NCBI GenBank assembly: GCA_965224245.1
Contig: OZ245046.1
Location: 3,120,484-3,184,483 of the forward strand
Direction: 5' to 3'
DNA from: Candidatus Eiseniibacteriota bacterium
Lineage (GTDB): Bacteria > Eisenbacteria > RBG-16-71-46 > CAZAMP01
DNA length: 64,000 bases
The first letter of the stretch is position 1. Each line of letters begins with the position of its first letter. The notes beneath the pieces were generated by a model that did no database searches, was not told where the DNA came from, and saw only the letters and a program-made list of their open reading frames with translations. Of the stretch, positions 1 to 9,594 are shown piece after piece. A program made the translations under genes and the position numbers.

Positions 1-824
1 TCGTTCGGTCCACGCGCCTCGGTGAGGCCGTCGGTGTACAGGAGCAGCGTGTCGCCGTCACCCAGCCGATGCGTCGTGACACCGTACAGGCGACCGTCCA
101 GCACGCCGACCGGAAGCCCAGTGGCCCCGAGCGTCTCGACGCCAGCGTCTCGCACGATGAGAGGCGGACAGTGGCCCGCATTCACGAGCTCGATCCTGCC
201 CCCGGCCGTGGCTCGGCCGCAGGCGAGCGTGGCGTAGTGTGTGGGGAGGCTCGCCTCGAGCAGCTGACGGTTCACCCGCTCGACCACCTCGTCGAGGGGC
301 ACGCCGGCGCCCAGCAGCGAGCGAAACGCGGCCTGGATGTGCGCCATCAAGAGCGAGGCGGCGACCCCCTTGCCGGACACGTCGGCCACGGCGAAGAACA
401 TCGCGTCCGGATCGTCGGGGTGGATCCACAGATCGCAGTAGTCTCCGCTCACCACGCCCGCGGGCTCGTACCGGTAGTGGGACGTCCAGCCCGGAATCGC
501 GAGATCCAGCGGAGGGAGCAGGCCCGCCTGCAGCCGACGGGCCAGTCCGAGGTCGTGTTCGAGGGCACGCTGCTGGGATGCCGTGAGTCCGCACAGGCAG
601 TACTCGAGCAGCGGGTTCGCCACGAGGTCGTGATCGGTCACCGACTCGTTGCAGATCAGACACGTGCCATACGCACCGGTGTCGAAGCTCGAGAGCACCT
701 GATCGACCTGGTCCAGGAGCTGGGTGACGAGCTCGTCGGCGCCGCCGGTGGAGATCGCGTCATGCAGCCGTGCGCGACGATCCTCGAGCCGTCGGCGAAG
801 CTCGGTGCGTACGGTGGTGTCCAT
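1..824 (-). CDS. PP2C/SpoIIE-type Ser phosphatase with an N-terminal DksA/TraR-like C4 zinc finger. The C-terminus is cut off by the window edge. It is absent from the ORF track because no stop lies inside the window.
   Basis: The reverse-strand translation begins MDTTVRTELRRRLEDRR...CLICNESVTDHDLVANPLLEYCLCG, a CxxC-N17-CxC motif. It continues into PPM/SpoIIE signatures: GWTSHYRYEPAGVVSGDYCD, FFAVADVSGKGVAASLLMA, LVNAGHCPPL and LLLYTDGLTEAR. A GGGAGGA ribosome-binding site sits 7 nt upstream of the ATG (complement 822-824). Confidence 0.7.
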   Translation of the reverse strand, partial: MDTTVRTELRRRLEDRRARLHDAISTGGADELVTQLLDQVDQVLSSFDTGAYGTCLICNESVTDHDLVANPLLEYCLCGLTASQQRALEHDLGLARRLQAGLLPPLDLAIPGWTSHYRYEPAGVVSGDYCDLWIHPDDPDAMFFAVADVSGKGVAASLLMAHIQAAFRSLLGAGVPLDEVVERVNRQLLEASLPTHYATLACGRATAGGRIELVNAGHCPPLIVRDAGVETLGATGLPVGVLDGRLYGVTTHRLGDGDTLLLYTDGLTEARGPN

Positions 825-844
825 GATCGATCCTCCCGGCCGCA

Positions 845-1324
845 TCAGGCCGACGTCGCGGTCGCGGTCGCGACGCGGCGCAGGATGGCGATCTGTCCGG
901 CATGGTAGACGAGGTGCTGAAGCTCCCCCGTCACGAGACCATACCATGTGTCCTCGAGGCCGGGACGGCGCTCGGTCAGCTGTGCGACCGGAAACGCCGA
1001 GATGGCGTCGCACAGCGCGCGGCCGCTCTGGAACAGTCGATCCCGCGCCGCGTTCCAGGCCGCGGCGTCGGCGAACGAGGCCTCCGCCCAGTCCTCCGCG
1101 TCGGACACCTGGGGCGTCTCGCCGGCGAGTCGCTGCCGCACCACCTCCAGCCACGTCACGGTGTGGAGCACGATCTCGGCGATCGAGTGCGCGCCCCCGC
1201 TCGCACGCTGAACCGCCACCGTCACCGACACGTCGTCCAGCACGTCCCGGAACGACGGACCATGCCAGGCCCCTCCGTTCAGCGCGCGCTCGTACTGCTC
1301 GGCCAGCCGCTCACACTCGTTCAT
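845..1324 (-). CDS. DinB/YfiT-like (DinB_2 superfamily) metal-dependent hydrolase-fold protein
   Basis: ORF 845..1354. I chose the second Met (MNECERLAEQYERALNGG...), which is preceded by an AGGAGGTG ribosome-binding site. His-containing helices such as AHSIAEIVLHTVTWL are typical of the DinB fold. It is about 159 aa with low Arg bias. Confidence 0.6.
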   Translation of the reverse strand: MNECERLAEQYERALNGGAWHGPSFRDVLDDVSVTVAVQRASGGAHSIAEIVLHTVTWLEVVRQRLAGETPQVSDAEDWAEASFADAAAWNAARDRLFQSGRALCDAISAFPVAQLTERRPGLEDTWYGLVTGELQHLVYHAGQIAILRRVATATATSA

Positions 1325-1338
1325 GGGGCACCTCCTCT

Positions 1339-1420
1339 TGACCATCAAAAACAACTATGATGGTTAGGAGCTTAGGGCTTGCCCAATCGTCCAGTCAAGT
1401 GTATTTTGATGGTTAGATGA
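1339..1420. promoter_or_regulatory. Divergent promoter region with inverted and direct repeats of a TGATGGTTAG half-site
   Basis: ACCATCA-N10-TGATGGT is an inverted repeat at about 1341-1364. A further TGATGGTTAG direct copy lies at about 1408-1417. This is a lower-GC island between the divergently transcribed DinB-like and CGNR genes. Confidence 0.3.
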
Positions 1421-1436
1421 GCAACGGGAGCCTCAC

Positions 1437-2063
1437 ATGGCCGTCACGTTCGAAACCCCCTGGCACGGCGTCGAGACCGCCGGTCGACTCTGCCTGAGCT
1501 TCGTGAACACGCTCGACTGGCGACTTCGCGAGTCGCCCGAAGAGCTTCTCCACTCGGCCGAGGACCTGCTGCGCTGGGCGCGGACCGCCGGCGCACTGAC
1601 CGGCCCGGAGGCCCGCCTTCTTCGCCGGGAGGTCGCCGCTCATCCCCGGCGCGCGGCACGCATGTTGGCCGAGGCCGTCGAGGTCCGTGAGGCCATGGCC
1701 GCGGTCTTCCTGGCCCTGTGCCGGGACGAGCCCATTCCGCCGCGCTCCCTGAAGCGCGTGAGCGACACCTGCATCGCCGCGGTGGCGGCCCGGGAGCTGC
1801 AGCCCGACGCCGCCGCGGTCGGGTGGGGATGGAGGCGCGACGTCCCCGAGCTCGAGCGCCCGACCTGGGCCGCCGCCCTCGATGCCGCCGATCTCCTGTC
1901 GTCGGGGTCCCTGGATCGGCTCCGGCTGTGCGACGACGATGCATGTGGGTGGCTGTTCATGGACACGTCGAAGAACCGCAGCCGCCGCTGGTGCTCGATG
2001 GCGGATTGTGGAAACCGGAACAAGGCGCGGAGCTTCTATCGGCGCTCGCGCGCGCGGGCGTGA
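1437..2063 (+). CDS. CGNR zinc-finger (ABATE domain) putative stress-responsive regulator
   Basis: The C-terminus reads CDDDACGWLFMDTSKNRSRRWCSMADCGNRNKARSFYRR, the canonical zf-CGNR signature. GGGAG lies upstream of the ATG. Confidence 0.8.
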   Translation: MAVTFETPWHGVETAGRLCLSFVNTLDWRLRESPEELLHSAEDLLRWARTAGALTGPEARLLRREVAAHPRRAARMLAEAVEVREAMAAVFLALCRDEPIPPRSLKRVSDTCIAAVAARELQPDAAAVGWGWRRDVPELERPTWAAALDAADLLSSGSLDRLRLCDDDACGWLFMDTSKNRSRRWCSMADCGNRNKARSFYRRSRARA

Positions 2064-2182
2064 GGGGCGGGCCTCCTCGGTTCATCGCGGTCGCACCCTG
2101 ACGTCGGGCGGACCCGGCCGGGACCGGAGAGGATCGGGAGCTGGCCCGGGGATCTCCCTCGTTCCAGCTCCCGCTCGATCGA

Positions 2183-3709
2183 TCAGCGCAGGTACGTCAT
2201 CCAGGCCGCGGCGGCCGCCTGGCCGTCTTCTCGCTCCAGCCGTACGAGGTAGCGTCCCGCACCGACGACCTGCCCGCTCTCGGCGCGTCCGTCCCAGTCC
2301 AGCTCGACGGGAAGCGACTCGATCCGCCCGGACCAGAGGTCGCGCACCCGGCGTCCGGAGAGATCGTACACTCGCAGCGTGACCGCCCCCTGGAGATCCA
2401 CGTCGGACGGAACCGAGATCGACAGTCGCCCGTGCGTGGGGTTCGGCTGGACGCCCAGGTGCACCGGCCCGACGACGGTGCGCTCGCGCGATCCGAGACC
2501 TCCCCCGTCGGGACACGCCGGGAGATCGGTGGCGAGCGCCTCCGCGACCCCGAGGCCCTTGTCGTACGTCTCACCCTCGCCCCAGTAGTACATGCGCAGG
2601 ACGTCCTCGCCCTCGGCGCTCTCCTCCCAGGTGTAGGACGTGACGTAGTAGTTCTTGTCGTCCCAGGCTCCGCTTCCCGCCGGCGGGTGATCGAGCACGG
2701 GACTCCCGGTCTTGCACCACGTCTTGCCGCCGTCGGTCGAGACCGCGTGCGCGACCTTCGCGCAGCCCCGCGTGGTGCCGCCTCCGCTGGGCGTCTCGAA
2801 CCATCCGGTCCCGGTGTAGAAGAGATGCAGCGTCACCCCGTCCGGATCGGCCACGAGCTGGCCGAGCGCGGTGGTCCCCACGTCGAACGATCCGCAGGGA
2901 CCGGGAACGACGATGGGGTTGTTCACGCTCTTGCGCCAGTGGATGCGATCGGCGGACGTGGCCAGGTTGAGCGTGGCGAGCTGAAACGGCGCACCCGCTC
3001 CGACACACGTGAGGTTGTAGACCATGTAGTATCGACTGCCCACCTTCGCCACCGACGGGGTCCGGACGTTGTAGCCGGGCGTCTCGCTGGTCAGCACCGG
3101 CGCGCCGGAGTCCACGAACGTGCGTCCGTTGTCGGGCGACGTCGCGTAGCCGATGCCGTTCCCCGCCCCCTGGAAGAACAGGTACGTCTCGCCGGTGTCG
3201 GCGTCCCGATGCACGTCGGGGCAGATGATGCTCGGATACCAGGTGCCGGAAGACGGGAACGCGAGATTGCCCGGGGTCCAGTCGATGCCGTTCTGGGATA
3301 TGGCGTTCCGGAAGCCGGCGGGCTCGCCGGTCTGCTGGTTGGCCGGTGCCGCGTGCAGATGGTAGTAGAGCGTATCGGTGAACTTGGCTATGGAGAAGCA
3401 GTAGGACCCTGGCACCTGCGGATCGAAGATCGGCATCGATGAATAGGCGGCAGGCCGGACGAACACAGTGTTCTCTTCGAACGTCTCGCAATCGGTGATC
3501 GGCGTGCAGGGTGGCTCGGGACAGCTCCCCCGGGCCGTCTCCCACGACACCGAGCCCCAGGTGGCGCTGAACCGCTCCTGGAAGAGGCTCGGCTTCCGGT
3601 AGGGATCGCACGCACGCGCGCACTCGGGTGGAGACAGGAGCGATGCGGTCGTCACGAGGACGAGGGCGAGGACGAACGTCGATCTCGATGCGTGCACGGT
3701 GACCTCCAT
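2183..3709 (-). CDS. Secreted BNR/Asp-box beta-propeller (sialidase / glycoside-hydrolase-like fold) protein with a C-terminal FlgD-Ig/T9SS-like sorting domain
   Basis: Only the C-terminal 508 aa of the 1281-aa ORF 2183..6028 is real. It starts MEVTVHASRSTFVLALVLVTTASLLS, a signal peptide. BNR motifs are SPDNGRTF and STDGGKTW. The conserved tail is LRVYDLSGRRVRDLWSG...GRYLVRLERE. The upstream part of the ORF is antisense to the kinase gene. Confidence 0.65.
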   Translation of the reverse strand: MEVTVHASRSTFVLALVLVTTASLLSPPECARACDPYRKPSLFQERFSATWGSVSWETARGSCPEPPCTPITDCETFEENTVFVRPAAYSSMPIFDPQVPGSYCFSIAKFTDTLYYHLHAAPANQQTGEPAGFRNAISQNGIDWTPGNLAFPSSGTWYPSIICPDVHRDADTGETYLFFQGAGNGIGYATSPDNGRTFVDSGAPVLTSETPGYNVRTPSVAKVGSRYYMVYNLTCVGAGAPFQLATLNLATSADRIHWRKSVNNPIVVPGPCGSFDVGTTALGQLVADPDGVTLHLFYTGTGWFETPSGGGTTRGCAKVAHAVSTDGGKTWCKTGSPVLDHPPAGSGAWDDKNYYVTSYTWEESAEGEDVLRMYYWGEGETYDKGLGVAEALATDLPACPDGGGLGSRERTVVGPVHLGVQPNPTHGRLSISVPSDVDLQGAVTLRVYDLSGRRVRDLWSGRIESLPVELDWDGRAESGQVVGAGRYLVRLEREDGQAAAAAWMTYLR

Positions 3710-3948
3710 GTTTACGACCGAGGTCCGTGACGCCGGTGCGACGATCGGACCTCCGGTCCACGCGTGGGCGACGTTGCGCGCACGTGGCGCGCCGACCCGG
3801 AGACTATCATCTGACGCCACCGGTCGCCGCCACGATCCGCACGGACCTCGGCGAGGCTCGAGCACAATCAGGAATCGAGACATAGTGGTTTCGTGTTTCG
3901 CGGAGAGGCGACGTCGGGGATCGCCGATGTACCGAGGCGCGACCCCGC

Positions 3949-6900
3949 CTAGTCGCCACCGCGTTCGACGCGCGTGAGCCTTCCCGGAAAACCGGCGCGG
4001 AACGGCGCGTCCGCCTCGGCCCACTGGTCCGCGAGCCGCCGGCGCCAGGCGGCGGCCGCGTCGAGATCTCCGCGGTCCTCGTGGAGCTCGACGAGACGCT
4101 GGAGGATGAGGCCTCGCCAGAAGTGGTCGGTGAAGAGACGGCGCGAGGCCGGAGCGCGAAGATAGCGCTCGTAGATCGCAATCGCCGAGTCGGGCATCGC
4201 CATCGCGTCGTAGGTTAGCCCCAGCCAGGCCAGGGGCCACACCACGGTTCGCCCCTGCTCGACGACGGCGCGACGGAACGCCGGGACCGCATCCTCGTAT
4301 CGGCCGTCGAAGAACGCGACCCACGACGGCAGAACGTCGTCGAGGTCTCGCGAGTCGCGCAGCGAGTCCGGGAGCGAGCTCCGCGCCGCCAGAAGCGCTC
4401 GCGCCTGGTCGACGTCCCCGAGCAGTCCGCGAACGGCCACGCGCTTCGCGTAGTGTCGCTCGGACGCAGGTAGCTCCGCTGGCGTGCACTCGCGGAGGGC
4501 ACGCTCGAGCGTCGCGCTGGCGCCGTCGACGTCTCCCAGCGTCATCACCTGCACGATCGCCTTGTCGAGGAGAAGATCCAGCATCGCCTCCTTCTCGTCG
4601 CCTCGCTCGTATCGATCGAGCACGGTCTCGACGTGCCGGAATGCCTCCTCCAGCTTTCCCCGAACCACGAGGCTCGCCCACAGGGTCCAGTCCGCGTCGT
4701 CCATCGCGTCCTCGCGGGCCTCCCGGCGGTGCTCGCGTGCGATGGACTCGACGCTGGCGAAGTCCTCGTTCCGCAGCGCGAGTCCCATCGTCAACCACCA
4801 GTGCCACTCGTGCCCGGTTGCCCGGGAGTAGCGGACCATCGTGGACTCCGCCAGGGCGGTCTCGCCCTGCGACATCTGCCACCAGGCGAGATTGCCGACG
4901 TTCAGCGCCGTCGGCTGCTCGGCGGCCGCGCGCTCGAAGTACGTCATGGCGCGCTCGGCGTCGCCGTGCTCGGCGAGCAGCAGCGCGCAGTTGTTGAGCG
5001 CCCAGTTGTCGCGTGGGTTCAGCTCGATCAGGCGCTCGTAGGTGAGGATGGCGCGGTCGACGTCGTCCCGGAAGGTGTAGCAGGAGGCCTCGGTCAGGAG
5101 TCGCTCTCGCTGGGTCAGGCGATCGCGATGGCGGAACGCAGCCTCCAGCGCACCTCCTGCGTGATCGCTGCCCCGGTTGCTCAGGATGACGCCCTTCTTC
5201 CGGTAGGCCATCGCGAACGTGGTGTCCGCCGCGATCGCCTCGTCGAGGAGCACCAGGGCTTCGTCGTCCTCGCCGTCCTCCGCCAGCTGGACCGCCTGGG
5301 TGTACGCACGCAGCGACGCGAGCGATCGCGTCGTGACGTCCTCGAGGCGGGCGTCTTGACGTATCGACCGGAGCGACTCCCCGATCCCCTCCCGGACACG
5401 ACGCGAGAGCCGGTCCAGCGCGACGATCACGTCGTCCTCCGAACGCGCGCTCTCGCGCTCGGCCAGCAGGACCTCGTCGTCGGTCGGATCGGACAGCCGG
5501 AGCGAGAGCACGAACCCCGATCCCGCCGGGCTCACGAGCCCCGAGAGCACCGCCGGGATCCCGTCGCGCAGGGCGACCTCGCGGGCGGTCTCGGGCGTGA
5601 GCGGCGTGGCCGGATCGCGACGCATGCGCGCGAGGAGATAGCGGACGCGACCAGGAGGGACGACGTGCACGATGGATGACTGTGCGAGATCGATCGCGAG
5701 CGCCTCGGCGATCACGGCGCCCAGCATCGGATCGTCGGTGGCGTTCTCGATCTCGGCGATGAGAACGCGCGCGTCCGCGTCGAGGACCCCGGCCGAGACG
5801 AGCGTGGCGCCGGGTCCGACTCCGCTGGCGCGCATCCAGAGCATGGCACCGACCGTCAGGGCCAGGGCGCCGAACGCGCCGACCCCACCCGACAGCGCAC
5901 GGCGCCACGTGAAGAGCGAGCGACCGCCTCCACCCCGGGGGTCGCGCGGTCGGGACTGTACGACCGCCGTGGTGAGCACGATCGGCAGCCCGACCCCGAG
6001 GAGCACGATCGCGGCGGGCAATGCCCATGCCGGGAGCCCCACGCGGTCGTCGACGAGCCAGACGCCCCCGAGGATGACGGCACTGGCGACCAGGAAGATC
6101 GCGGTCACGGCAGCGGCGCGCGCGGTGGCGCGAGCCGGCGGTACCGGCTCGATGTCGGCCGACGTGCCCGAGTGCGAGTGCGTCACCTCCTCCTCGAGGT
6201 CGCGAAGCGCGGCCTCGACGTCGGCGGCGGACTGGAACCGCTCCTCGGGGCGCTTGGCCAGGCAGCGCTCGACGATCCGGCCCAGCTGACGCGGGAGCGC
6301 CGACCGCACGTCGGCCAGCGATCGCGGCTCGTCGCGGAGAATGGACGCGACGCGCGATGCGGTGGTGTCGCCGTGGAACGGGTTCATGCCCGTGGCCATC
6401 TCGTAGAGCACGGTTCCGAACGAGAAGATGTCCGAGCGAGCGTCGAGCCGCTTGCCCTCGGCCTGCTCGGGCGACATGTAGGCCAGGGTTCCGAGAACGC
6501 GTCCCTCCCTAGTGGCGTGGTCCACCGTCGTGTCGTCGGTGGCCGGGCGCGTCGGCGACTGCGAGTCGACGGCATCGGTGCCACCGCGGCCGTCGTCGCG
6601 CTTGGCCAGCCCGAAGTCGAGTACCTTGACGTTGCCGTCGCGGGTCACCATCACGTTCTCGGGCTTGAGATCGCGATGGGTCACGCCGCTCCGGTGCGCG
6701 GCGGCGAGTCCGGAGGCGAGCGGGATCGCCAGCGACAGGAGCTCGCGCGGCGGGAGCCCGTCGGAGGGAATGCGCTGTCGTAGCGAGATCCCGTCGACCC
6801 GCTCCATCGTGATGAAGAGAACGTCGTCGTCCTCCTCGATGGCGTACACGGTGACGACGTTGGGATGGCTCAGCCCCGCGAGCGCTCGCGCCTCGCGCTC

Positions 6901-7062
6901 GAGTCGCCGGCGGCGGTCGGGATCGCTCACGAAGTCGGCGGAAAGCACCTTCAGTGCGACCTCGCGTCCGAGCTTCTCGTCCCGGGCGAGGTAGACCTCG
7001 CCCATGCCTCCGCGACCGAGGCGCCCGAGGATGTGGTAGTGCAGGAGCCGTCCGCCGATCAT
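3949..7062 (-). CDS. Hanks-type Ser/Thr protein kinase with a transmembrane segment and C-terminal TPR repeats
   Basis: Kinase signatures are GRGGMGEVYLA, VALKVL, HRDLKPENVMV, DFGLA and LAYMSPE. Two hydrophobic helices occur mid-protein, followed by TPR-like repeats. The gene is 1037 aa. Confidence 0.85.
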   Translation of the reverse strand: MIGGRLLHYHILGRLGRGGMGEVYLARDEKLGREVALKVLSADFVSDPDRRRRLEREARALAGLSHPNVVTVYAIEEDDDVLFITMERVDGISLRQRIPSDGLPPRELLSLAIPLASGLAAAHRSGVTHRDLKPENVMVTRDGNVKVLDFGLAKRDDGRGGTDAVDSQSPTRPATDDTTVDHATREGRVLGTLAYMSPEQAEGKRLDARSDIFSFGTVLYEMATGMNPFHGDTTASRVASILRDEPRSLADVRSALPRQLGRIVERCLAKRPEERFQSAADVEAALRDLEEEVTHSHSGTSADIEPVPPARATARAAAVTAIFLVASAVILGGVWLVDDRVGLPAWALPAAIVLLGVGLPIVLTTAVVQSRPRDPRGGGGRSLFTWRRALSGGVGAFGALALTVGAMLWMRASGVGPGATLVSAGVLDADARVLIAEIENATDDPMLGAVIAEALAIDLAQSSIVHVVPPGRVRYLLARMRRDPATPLTPETAREVALRDGIPAVLSGLVSPAGSGFVLSLRLSDPTDDEVLLAERESARSEDDVIVALDRLSRRVREGIGESLRSIRQDARLEDVTTRSLASLRAYTQAVQLAEDGEDDEALVLLDEAIAADTTFAMAYRKKGVILSNRGSDHAGGALEAAFRHRDRLTQRERLLTEASCYTFRDDVDRAILTYERLIELNPRDNWALNNCALLLAEHGDAERAMTYFERAAAEQPTALNVGNLAWWQMSQGETALAESTMVRYSRATGHEWHWWLTMGLALRNEDFASVESIAREHRREAREDAMDDADWTLWASLVVRGKLEEAFRHVETVLDRYERGDEKEAMLDLLLDKAIVQVMTLGDVDGASATLERALRECTPAELPASERHYAKRVAVRGLLGDVDQARALLAARSSLPDSLRDSRDLDDVLPSWVAFFDGRYEDAVPAFRRAVVEQGRTVVWPLAWLGLTYDAMAMPDSAIAIYERYLRAPASRRLFTDHFWRGLILQRLVELHEDRGDLDAAAAWRRRLADQWAEADAPFRAGFPGRLTRVERGGD

Positions 7063-9167
7063 GCGGGATCTCCTCCGGAACGTTGTAGAGCGGCCGTCGG
7101 CTCGGACCCACCCGCCTCCTCCGCGGGCTCGATCCCTTCGAGCATGGCCCTCGCCCGGCCGAGCGCATCCGGTGAACCCGACACCGCCAGCACGTCGTCG
7201 GCGCAGAGCCGCTCGTGTCCCGTGGGAAGCGTCGTGGTCGTGTCGTCGCGGCAGATCGCCACCACGGTCGCGCCGGTGCGACAGCGGAGATCGAGCTCGG
7301 CCAGGGTACGGCCGTCGGCCGGGCCCCCCGGGAGAACGGGTATCGGGTGGTAGTCGAGCCCCGCCAACGGTCCTGCGTCCAGGCTCGCGAGCAGGTCGGC
7401 ATCGTCCGAACCGCCGCGGACGTGACCGGCGATGTCCAGCGCGATGCGGGCGACGCCCGACGTGTGCCTACCGTGGACGCTCCCGAGACGCATTCCCAGT
7501 ACGACGAGTGCGATCAGGAGTGCCGCCACCAACGCGGCCTCGACCCACGGTCCTTCGACGACGGGTCGCATCAGCGCGAGCGTCGGCAGGCCGATGCCGA
7601 GCACGACGGTGAGGAGGGCCACGGCCTCCACGGCCTTGGCACGTGGTGTGGGGCCGCCGCGACCGCGACTGCGCGTGCGGATGCCGGCCGCCAGGTGCGA
7701 TCCGCTGCGAAGGAGGCCGACCACGAACGGCGCCGCGATCACCACGGACACGACGTTCACGGCCAGCACCATGTTCGCCTCCACACGCGGCAGGACCGTA
7801 TGTCGAACCACGAAGGTGACGATCAGCGCCGACCAGTCCAGGAGAACCGCGGTCGCCGGGCGCCGAAGCGACGGGCGTTCGCCCGGTTCGCGCGCGCCCC
7901 GCAAGAAGGCCTGGTACGCGGCGAGCACCTGCTGGATCCGATCGGGTAGCCGGCGATCGATGGTATCGACGATCCTCAGCGCTCGGCCGAGCAGCAACGG
8001 GGTCGTGAACGCCGTGATCGTGGCGACCGTGACCAGCACGGGAAGCGTCTCCTCGGGGACGATTCCGCCGGCGATCGCGATCGTGGCCAGGATGAACGAG
8101 AGCTCGCCGACCTGCCCCAGCGCCAGACCGGAGTAGACCCCGCGCCGCAACGAGCTCCCCGTGAGCACGGTGGACACCGTGACCGAGGCGAACTGCATCC
8201 CGACCACCACTGCACACAGCACCAGCGCGAGCGGCATGCTTCGCCAGGCCACGACCGGATCGACCGTCATACCGATCGAGACGAAGAAGATGGCCGAGAA
8301 CAGCGCCCGCAACGGCTCGATGGCCTTCTCGATGTCGTGGCCGCGGCCCGACTCGGCGACGGCCATCCCCGAGATGAACGCGCCGAGCGCCACCGAGTAG
8401 CCGAACTGGTTCGCCGCCAGCGCGAGACCGAAGGCCGCTCCTCCGACCAGCACGACCAGCACCTCGGTGTCCGCCTCGGCCAGCGCGACCCTGACCAGGC
8501 GCGGCAGGATCAGGAGGCCGATCACGAGCATCCCCACGACGGCGGCGGCGAGCTGCCCGATCAGGAGCCCCAGAGACCGCGCGGCGACGGCCTCCCCCGC
8601 CGCGAGTGCGGTCACGACGGCCATCAGCACGATGGCGACGACGTCCTGCACGATCAGGATGCCGAACACGTGGGAGCGCACGTCTGGATCGACCGGCCGT
8701 GCGCGGAGCACGGCGCTGACCACCATCGTGCTCGAGATCGCCAGCGTCGTCCCGAGACACACGCTCGCGGTGGTGGACCACTGCAGGAAGGACCCCACGG
8801 TGAAGCCGGCCCACCCGAGCGTCGCGATCTGAACCACCGCGGTCAATCCGGATACCGGGAGAATGTCCAGAAAGCGCTGAATCCGGAACTCGAGCCCCAC
8901 CGCGAACATGACGAGGACGACGCCGACCTCGGCGAGCTCTTCCATCCGGTGCGGATCCGCGAACAGCGGGATCGGGATGTACGGCCCCACGATGAGCCCG
9001 GCAAAGAGATAGCCCAGGATGCTGGGCTGACCCATGCGCCGGGTGAGCATGCCGGTGATCGCGGCGACGACGGTCACCACCGCGAGATCGGCGATCAGAC
9101 TGCCGTGCAACGAGGCCTCCTGCATTCGATGATCGGCCATTCGTGAGCGGTCCCCGGCCGTGCCCAC
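7059..9167 (-). CDS. CPA2-family monovalent cation/proton antiporter (Kef-type) with a C-terminal RCK/TrkA-C domain
   Basis: The N-terminal polytopic membrane domain reads LFAGLIVGPYIP...VGLEF. The C-terminal part, AELDLRCRTGATVVAICRDD...DDVLAVSG, is TrkA-C-like. It overlaps the kinase start by 4 bp (ATGA). The start is uncertain among three Met in the first 16 aa. Confidence 0.75.
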   Translation of the reverse strand: MGTAGDRSRMADHRMQEASLHGSLIADLAVVTVVAAITGMLTRRMGQPSILGYLFAGLIVGPYIPIPLFADPHRMEELAEVGVVLVMFAVGLEFRIQRFLDILPVSGLTAVVQIATLGWAGFTVGSFLQWSTTASVCLGTTLAISSTMVVSAVLRARPVDPDVRSHVFGILIVQDVVAIVLMAVVTALAAGEAVAARSLGLLIGQLAAAVVGMLVIGLLILPRLVRVALAEADTEVLVVLVGGAAFGLALAANQFGYSVALGAFISGMAVAESGRGHDIEKAIEPLRALFSAIFFVSIGMTVDPVVAWRSMPLALVLCAVVVGMQFASVTVSTVLTGSSLRRGVYSGLALGQVGELSFILATIAIAGGIVPEETLPVLVTVATITAFTTPLLLGRALRIVDTIDRRLPDRIQQVLAAYQAFLRGAREPGERPSLRRPATAVLLDWSALIVTFVVRHTVLPRVEANMVLAVNVVSVVIAAPFVVGLLRSGSHLAAGIRTRSRGRGGPTPRAKAVEAVALLTVVLGIGLPTLALMRPVVEGPWVEAALVAALLIALVVLGMRLGSVHGRHTSGVARIALDIAGHVRGGSDDADLLASLDAGPLAGLDYHPIPVLPGGPADGRTLAELDLRCRTGATVVAICRDDTTTTLPTGHERLCADDVLAVSGSPDALGRARAMLEGIEPAEEAGGSEPTAALQRSGGDPA

Positions 9168-9594
9168 GAGCGTGCGACCGGCGGAGCCCGCGTGTCCGTC
9201 GGGTCCTCTCGATCGCCGGAGGGTGCCGCACGCGTCGCCGACGTCACGGCAACCCTGCCCTGGCCGCCTGTCGTGCCGATGGAGATCGCAGGCTGATACA
9301 GTACAGGCTCGAACCCCGCGGTACTAATGCAGCGTCCCCTCACGCTCGTGTTCGTGGACATCGGCCCGTGCGCGGCATCGGCTTCCGGGTGACGACCCTT
9401 GCCGACTCTTCGTACGGCGAGACCCGTCGGATCGGCACGGGCGCCACGACCGTATCTCCGCCGAGCCGTTCCGGCTCGACACGACGGCCGACGCGGGGGA
9501 TGCCTCCCGCGCCTGGCACTTCCGGGGTGACCCCAGTCGGTTCGGCGCGCGGCCGACATCACTCGTGCCGTCGGCCGCCCAGCGAGTCGACGGT

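Noticed and set aside
1325-1436. LexA/SOS box upstream of the DinB-like gene
   Set aside because: The repeats do not match the CGAACRNRYGTTYC, CTGT-N8-ACAG or GTTC-N7-GTTC consensus sequences. They are kept only as a generic operator candidate.
2183-6028. 1281-aa ORF on the minus strand
   Set aside because: Only the C-terminal 508 aa (from MEVTV…, with a signal peptide) look like a real protein. The N-terminal two-thirds is Arg/Pro/Gly-rich and antisense to the well-supported kinase gene at 3949-7062.
7468-9231. 587-aa minus-strand ORF and the overlapping Arg-rich ORFs at 8337-9146
   Set aside because: These are shadow frames of the CPA2 antiporter gene. They are extremely Arg, Gly and His-rich with no domains.
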